From: Eledone cirrhosa
Lineage: Eukaryota
Length of the DNA: 64,000 nucleotides
Direction of reading: 5' to 3'
Assembly (NCBI GenBank): GCA_964016885.1
Contig: OZ024753.1
Coordinates: 27,776,001-27,840,000, forward strand
A program made the position numbers and the translations under genes. The notes beneath the pieces are model-generated. The model saw nothing but the letters and a program-made list of their open reading frames with translations. It had not been told where the DNA came from and did no database searches. Positions 57,880 through 64,000 of this stretch are shown piece after piece (within the stretch, counting starts at the first letter, position 1; the number at the start of each line of letters is the position of its first letter).

Positions 57880-58726
57880 ATTTAACATCCATTTTTTCCA
57901 TGTTAGTATAGGTAGGACGAGTTGTCCCATTTAAAACAAGGTGACCGTCTCTTGCTCATACAGAACTGTTTCTAGTTTGGTTTCTATGGCTGAATGCCAT
58001 TCCTAACACCAACCACATTTACAGTGTGGAGTGGGTGATTTTTATCATGCAGCAAAATGACCACTTTACAGTGTGGACTGGGGGGTTGGGGAAGGAGGAT
58101 GTGTAAGGACGTGGGTGAAGGGTGGTGTCTTATGACGTGAGTGGAGTGTTAAAGGTGTATAGAAGGGTGGGGGGATAGAGGAAAGTAGTGCTTACTAGAT
58201 GTATGATTCAACCTCTGCACATGGGAAGGCGGGTCTTTTGTATTACCGCATAACACCAAAGATCACGATCTCATGTTATCACCTTTTTGAGAGGTGCAAC
58301 TGTGCAAGGTTAGCTTTTATCAACTCATCCTAAGTCTTCTTACTCTATAGCTCCAATCAACTTTGATCGCCCTGCACCTTTTTATACAGCTGTCATCCTT
58401 CATAGGCATCACATGGCCATAACAACACAATCTCCTCTCCTGCACACTGCATCTGATCCCTCTTATGCTCAGTTACTCTCTCAGTTCATTTACGCTTTGC
58501 TATTCATATATATTACTATTTCATCCATCAGATTATTCAAGCTTCATTTCATTCCAATATTTGCATTTCCTTTGCACACAGCAACCAGGTCTCACAGCCA
58601 TGCAACATTGCTGTTCGTATACACGCATAATACAATCTGCCCTTCATTTTGAGGGAAAAACCTTTTATAGTTAACAGTATTTGTAACTCCCTGAACCTTC
58701 TCCATCCCATTCTCACTCTCACGGTT
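57880..58726 (-). mobile_element. Old, degraded RTE-X 3' fragment
   Basis: Collinear with 51540-52345, with many stops and indels. Confidence 0.85.
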
Positions 58727-58790
58727 CAGTACTATATATATATATATATATAGTACTGATATATAGATATATATATATATATATATAGTA

Positions 58791-58822
<32 letters not shown>

Positions 58823-58825
<3 letters not shown>

Positions 58826-60223
58826 TCATCATCATCATCATCATCAACGTTTAACGTCCGTGTTCCACGCTTGCATGGGTTTGGACGGGGGTTTTCCCAC
58901 TTGAGGCAAGAGTGATTGTCTTGCTCGCATAGGACTGTCTGGCGGGTTTTCTACAGCTGGAGCCCTTCCTAACACCAACCACATTTACAGTGTGGGGCTG
59001 GGAGGTTTTTACCGTGTTGCCTACACGGCCACATTACAGCGTGGACTCTCTGGCGGGTTTTCTACAGCTGGATGCCCTTCCTAACACCAACCACATTTAC
59101 AGTGTGGGGCTGGGAGGTTTTTACCGTGTTGCCTACACGGCCACATTACAGCGTGGACTGTGTGTTTTTTGTCGTGACACCTACACGATCTCATTTGTTT
59201 CGGCCTGGATGTTGTGGCACCAACATAACTTTACATTGAAGGGGGCGGTGTGGATGGGGTGGGGGGGGGGGGGGGTTGTTAGAGATGCCTACTGACTGTA
59301 GTAGGTTTTACTATTACTGAGTACCGCCAAAGGTCTCGGTCCAGTGACATTGTCTTGGAGAGGTGTAAGCGTGTGAGGTCGGAATTTATCAGCTCGTCCC
59401 AGGTTTTTCTGGGTCTGCCTACTTCGTGGCTACCGGCTATCTTTATTGCCCTGCACTTTGTTATACAGCTGTCGTCTTTCATGCGCATCACATGACCATA
59501 CCAACGTAGCCTTCTCTCGAGTAAACAACATCTGATCCCTCTTATTTCTAATTTTTTCCTTAGTTCGTTTATGCTTAGCCGTTCACGTATATTACTATTA
59601 CACATCCAGCGGAGCATGCAAGCTTCGTTCCTCTCTAGTCTACGTATATCCTCTGCACACAATGCCCAGGTCTCACTGCCATGCAGCATTGCTGTTCGTA
59701 TGCAGGCATCATACAACCTGCCTTTCATTTTTAGGGAGAACCCTTTAGCGGCTAATAGTGGTATAAGCTCTCTGAACTTTTTCCATCCAGTTCTGACTCT
59801 AGCTACTGTACTTTCAGAGCACCCTCCCCCACTGCTGATTTTGTCACCCAGGTAACGGAAGCTGTCCACTATTTCTATAGAACCCTCTGCGCAATTGAAA
59901 GAGCTAGTATTTTTGGGCACTTGCTGCTACTTATTGCACCAGAGCACCGGCCACATGTAAAATCTATGTTCTTAGTTAGCTTACCTGTGATCCCACTACA
60001 TCTTTTATGCACCCATACTTTGCATTTGGGACATAAAATGGAGTTTCTACCTACGCCTTTCCTACACACTGAGCATGGCCATTTCCCGGAAGGGACCGCC
60101 GCCTTATTTTCTTTCCTACAAACTAGAACTTTAGTCTTAGCCAGGTTAATTTTAAGGCCTTTTGATTCTAGGCCGTGCTTCCATGTTTGGAATTTCTTCT
60201 CTAGCTCGGTCATTGATTCAGCT
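58823..60223 (-). mobile_element. RTE-X LINE copy truncated just after YADD, frameshifted
   Basis: ORF pieces 59875-60223 and 59279-59920 align with the 804-aa ORF; about 110-bp tandem duplication in the 3' UTR; (TGA)n tail. Confidence 0.92.
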
Positions 60224-60734
60224 ATATATATATATACTGTATATATATATATTTGTATATTTGGGGAACTAAAAGGAGGAAAAAACGCTTCAGTACTATA
60301 CACGACGGTAACATAGACAACATAGAAATTAGAATAATATCTAAACATAGAAATGACCCAGCAGATAGGCAAATCAGAGAGGCCAGTGAAATAGAACTTA
60401 GAAGGCCAAGACTAAACAGAAAAAATGAATGGAATAACAACACCCAAACAAACAACACTGACCTATGAGAAGTATAAATAAATAAATAAATAGATAAATA
60501 AATAAATAAATACATACACAAGCACAATAACAACAAACACATATAAACACACACTAGTAAAGATAGAATACATTAACCAATACACAGTCACCCAATCACG
60601 AACACACATCAAACAAAACACTATACACACACGCAAACGCATGCGCAAAGAGGACCAAAAAAAGATAAACAAATAAATAAATAAATATATAAACAGACTA
60701 AATAAAGATGGCGTGGAAAATACAATACAAACAA

Positions 60735-60786
60735 TAGCACCACTGACGATGTTGCAAATGTGCAACGAAAGAACTTTGATAGACTA
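60735..60786 (+). ncRNA. Minimal type I hammerhead motif
   Basis: tagcacca CTGACGA t gttgca aatg tgcaac GAAA gaac TT tgatagacta; cores and stem II intact, stem I partly eroded. Confidence 0.65.
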
Positions 60787-61058
60787 TATATATGTGTTTG
60801 TGTCTATATTGTATCTGTATTTTTGACCGTTGGTCAGTCAATGGCAACATTGAGGACCGAATAAATTAGATTACCGATATAAAAGACACAGAAGCGAAAA
60901 GCGAAAACCAACCAAACAGTGAGTGTGTTCTGTTATTAATTCTGGCAATATTACACAAATATGACCCTCCCCAAGTATAACAATGTATATATATATATTT
61001 CTATATATATATATGTATATATATACTTGTTCCTATATATATACATATATATATATAC

Positions 61059-61107
<49 letters not shown>

Positions 61108-61136
61108 CATACACACACGCACACACATATGTATAC

Positions 61137-61176
<40 letters not shown>

Positions 61177-61205
61177 GTATACATATGTGTGTGCGTGTGT
61201 GTATG

Positions 61206-61252
<47 letters not shown>

Positions 61253-61412
61253 GTATATATATATATGTATATATATAGGAACAAGTATGACCCCATGATA
61301 CCCACTCTACTACCCTAAGTATTGAGTACTTTGGTGCGTTATGGTCCATCTGGTTCCTTACCACAATTCCTTCGTTATGTATATATATATATATATATAT
61401 GTATATATTATG

Positions 61413-61448
<36 letters not shown>

Positions 61449-61520
61449 TACATATATATATATACACAGATATATGTATTGGTATATATATATGTATACA
61501 TATGTGTGTGTGTATATATA

Positions 61521-61783
61521 TATCAGAGTTTTCCTTCTCCTAGAATTCTGCCTTGACAAAGGCTAAGGGGTCATCTCTCTCGGTGATTTTGAATGGCCAT
61601 TGTCTCTTAAGAGCTCCTTTGCCCTTTGACAGGTTTTGTTTTTAGTCTTGCAGGATGTCCAAAGTCACTCTCCTCACCAAGAAACCTTGGTGGGGTTGCC
61701 AGTTTAGTCGCCAACGACCCGACCATGGGACAGGTTGTACTGGGATACATGTTACCAGTAGCACCAACTGGTGACCTGACATA
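61521..61783 (-). mobile_element. Inverted 5' part of RTE-derived element
   Basis: Reverse complement of 61833-62095 with scattered substitutions. Confidence 0.9.
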
Positions 61784-61833
61784 AGGAAAACTCTGATATA
61801 ACACCTGCAACCCTGATGGTATCCAATGATGTT

Positions 61834-62442
61834 ATGTCAGGTCACCAGTTGGTGCTACTGGTAACATGTATCCCAGTACAACCGGTATCATGGTCGGGTC
61901 GTTGGCGACTAAACTGGCAACCCCACCAAGGTTTCTTGGTGAGGAGGGTGACTTTGGACATCCTGCAGGACTAAAAACAAAACCTGTCATAGGGCAGAGG
62001 AGCTCTTATGAGTCAATGGCCATCCAACATCAGCGGGAGAGATGACCCCTTAGCCTTTGTCAAGGCAGAATTCTAGGAGAAGGAAAACTCTGATATAACA
62101 CCTGCAACCCTGATGGTATCCAATGATGTTGACTTGTTCTTCTTTTTGGTAAATATCATCTTGGTTAAGAGAGTGGGACTGGCTTTGTGCAGTGCCTTTG
62201 CTCACTATAAAAGCTTCACGGCACAGGCATTGCTTTATATCTGCAGATCTCTCTGCACTTGTCGTCACATGGTACCATGGGCCCAGCACTGTGTCAATAA
62301 TTGTCACAAGTGTAGTGTTTGTACCAGAGTTTTCAAGTCGCTGGCTGGACTAAAATGTCACACTCGTTCAGCGCATCGGTAAGGGTTCTCCTACATGGAT
62401 ATAAAGTAGTGGCCGTACTCGAAAACGAGTTGGCAGCCACCA
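61834..62442 (+). mobile_element. Full-length (about 610 bp) non-autonomous RTE-derived bipartite element
   Basis: 5' half contains ctaggagaaggaaaactctga, a motif I recognise from RTE 5' UTRs; 3' half encodes a C2H2-like finger remnant HKCSVCTRVFKSLAGLKCHTRSAH* and a terminal hairpin actcg aaaa cgagt. Confidence 0.8.
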
Positions 62443-62814
62443 TATATAAATATATATATCAATATTATTAAGGCTAAACTGGCGAAACTCCAGAATAACA
62501 ATACTCAATTTTTATCCTTAATAATATTGAATAACTCTCCTTTGGTATTGAGTACTCCTTTTTCTCAGCCATGAACCACATATACACATATATGTGTGTG
62601 TGTGCAGGCTCATGGCTCGAGACGAGGAGTTATATCCCTTTAATGCTAGCTAAAACCAATATTCATATTTAGCAGTATCATGTTACCGACTCTGTTCAAT
62701 ACTGTCTCATCCCCAGACAATTGTCACTAATTCATCTTTACCAAGACCTTTACGTAGCTGTAGTATGTGTTTTGTTGGTTCATATGGTTAAAAGATATTT
62801 GTATATATTATATA

Positions 62815-62914
62815 CAGGGTATCTGCCAAATATGTATACACACTTCAACAGCATTCTAATAAATATTGCCTGTACTGGTAATCAAAGTGTGTATACATTT
62901 TTTGGGACACCCTG
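62815..62914. mobile_element. Tc1/mariner-type MITE, 100 bp
   Basis: TA|cagggtatctgccaaatatgtatacacactt ... aagtgtgtatacattttttgggacaccctg|TA. Confidence 0.85.
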
Positions 62915-63710
62915 TAGATACTGTTACTGCAAGTTGGAATTGCCAACAATAACAAGTGACCAGGCAGCCAACCATTCAATCTTAATAATACATCATATAT
63001 CATAATCATTATCCATGCTAGCATATATCTATATTTCCATTTGTAACTCTTTAAAATGTACACACACACACATAGAATGCATTTCCAAGTCATGTTGTTA
63101 CAATTAGTAGTTCACTTTCCTATCACAAGGTCCTGAGTTCTAACTCTACATTTCTCCCTGTAAATAGTTATTTCTCCAAAGTTACTCATACATTTAATCC
63201 TGTATGTCATTTGTGCATATATGCTGAACATTTATGTAATTATATCCTAGAAATATATTATTAAAATATCATCCTTATCTTTAATCACTTCCACATGTCA
63301 CTAATCAACATAAACCATAGGGTTACTTATACACATTTTCCTGTTTATGATTGTTCATATGTTGCAACAATCCTGGACTCAAAATTATATACGTTCAATG
63401 CTATTGCCATCATCATTGATGGCACTTGTCCACTTGTCCACTCGTCATTTAATAAACAAACAAATAAAGGAGGAGGATGGATCATTTAATGCATCTTTCC
63501 TAAAATTTACAAGGAAATCTAGTCTCTCTCTCTCCATCTATTGATATTCCCCCTCTATACACACACACGAGTAGGTCTGTGTGTATACCATGACTCATAC
63601 ACTGTTCACTTTCCTGATATATTCACTATCCTATGTACTATACATGCACCTTTGATGAGTTGTAGTGCACCTGAGCACTGTACACAATAATTTTCATTAT
63701 TATTATTAAT

Positions 63711-64000
63711 AAACTCTACAGGCATGGAGGTGCCGTCAGCCGGGCATGTCCGAGATGCGCGCAGGGCGACGAAACCGTCCTGCACGCACTCGTCCAGTGT
63801 CCGAGCATTGCTGACTTGTGGGTTTATGTCGAACACCTGCTGTCACGTGTAGGACGGATCCGGCTATCAGCTGAGTCCATCGTGAGGATTGCCCCGCCCC
63901 CTTCCTTTAGCCTGGAAGGGCAGGCAGTTTTTATCTGTCTGGTGGCCATGGCGAAAGAGATAGTATGGTGGACACGTTTGAAAGGGCTGAAGATGAGCAC
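63711..64000 (+). mobile_element. Tx1/L1-group LINE ORF2 C-terminal fragment (zf-RVT), runs off the window
   Basis: Open frame KLYRHGGAVSRACPRCAQGDETVLHALVQCPSIADLW...AMAKEIVWWTR; CCHC knuckle; abrupt rise in GC content. Confidence 0.85.

Noticed and set aside
61834-61920. HDV-like ribozyme fold
   Set aside because: GG-hairpin-CUAA-actgg is suggestive, but P1 and P3/L3 cannot be formed to consensus; kept only as an unassigned structured domain.

Overview
AT-rich, repeat-saturated animal DNA. The SINE, LINE and microsatellite make-up strongly suggests a coleoid cephalopod, probably Octopus (inference). No intact host gene is evident, and most ORF-track entries are translations of (TA)n, (CA)n and (GGT)n simple repeats. 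Recognisable elements: a young 5'-truncated RTE-X LINE with an uninterrupted RT plus PHD-like frame (51.5-54.2 kb) and two decayed relatives; CR1-group, CRE-clade and Tx1 fragments; three Penelope-like element (PLE) coding remnants; several tRNA-derived SINE families; hAT, Tc1/mariner and piggyBac-type MITEs; and a bipartite RTE-derived short element with a structured 5' domain. The main unexplained signal is about 14 type I hammerhead ribozyme (HHR) motifs, ranging from intact to decayed. They mostly sit in short non-coding modules between (TA)n arrays, often with long perfect or near-perfect inverted repeats, and are densest at 20-31 kb. This looks like a PLE-derived, retrozyme-like family with (TA)n-associated foldback formation. 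All folds and translations were read by eye; no searches were run.
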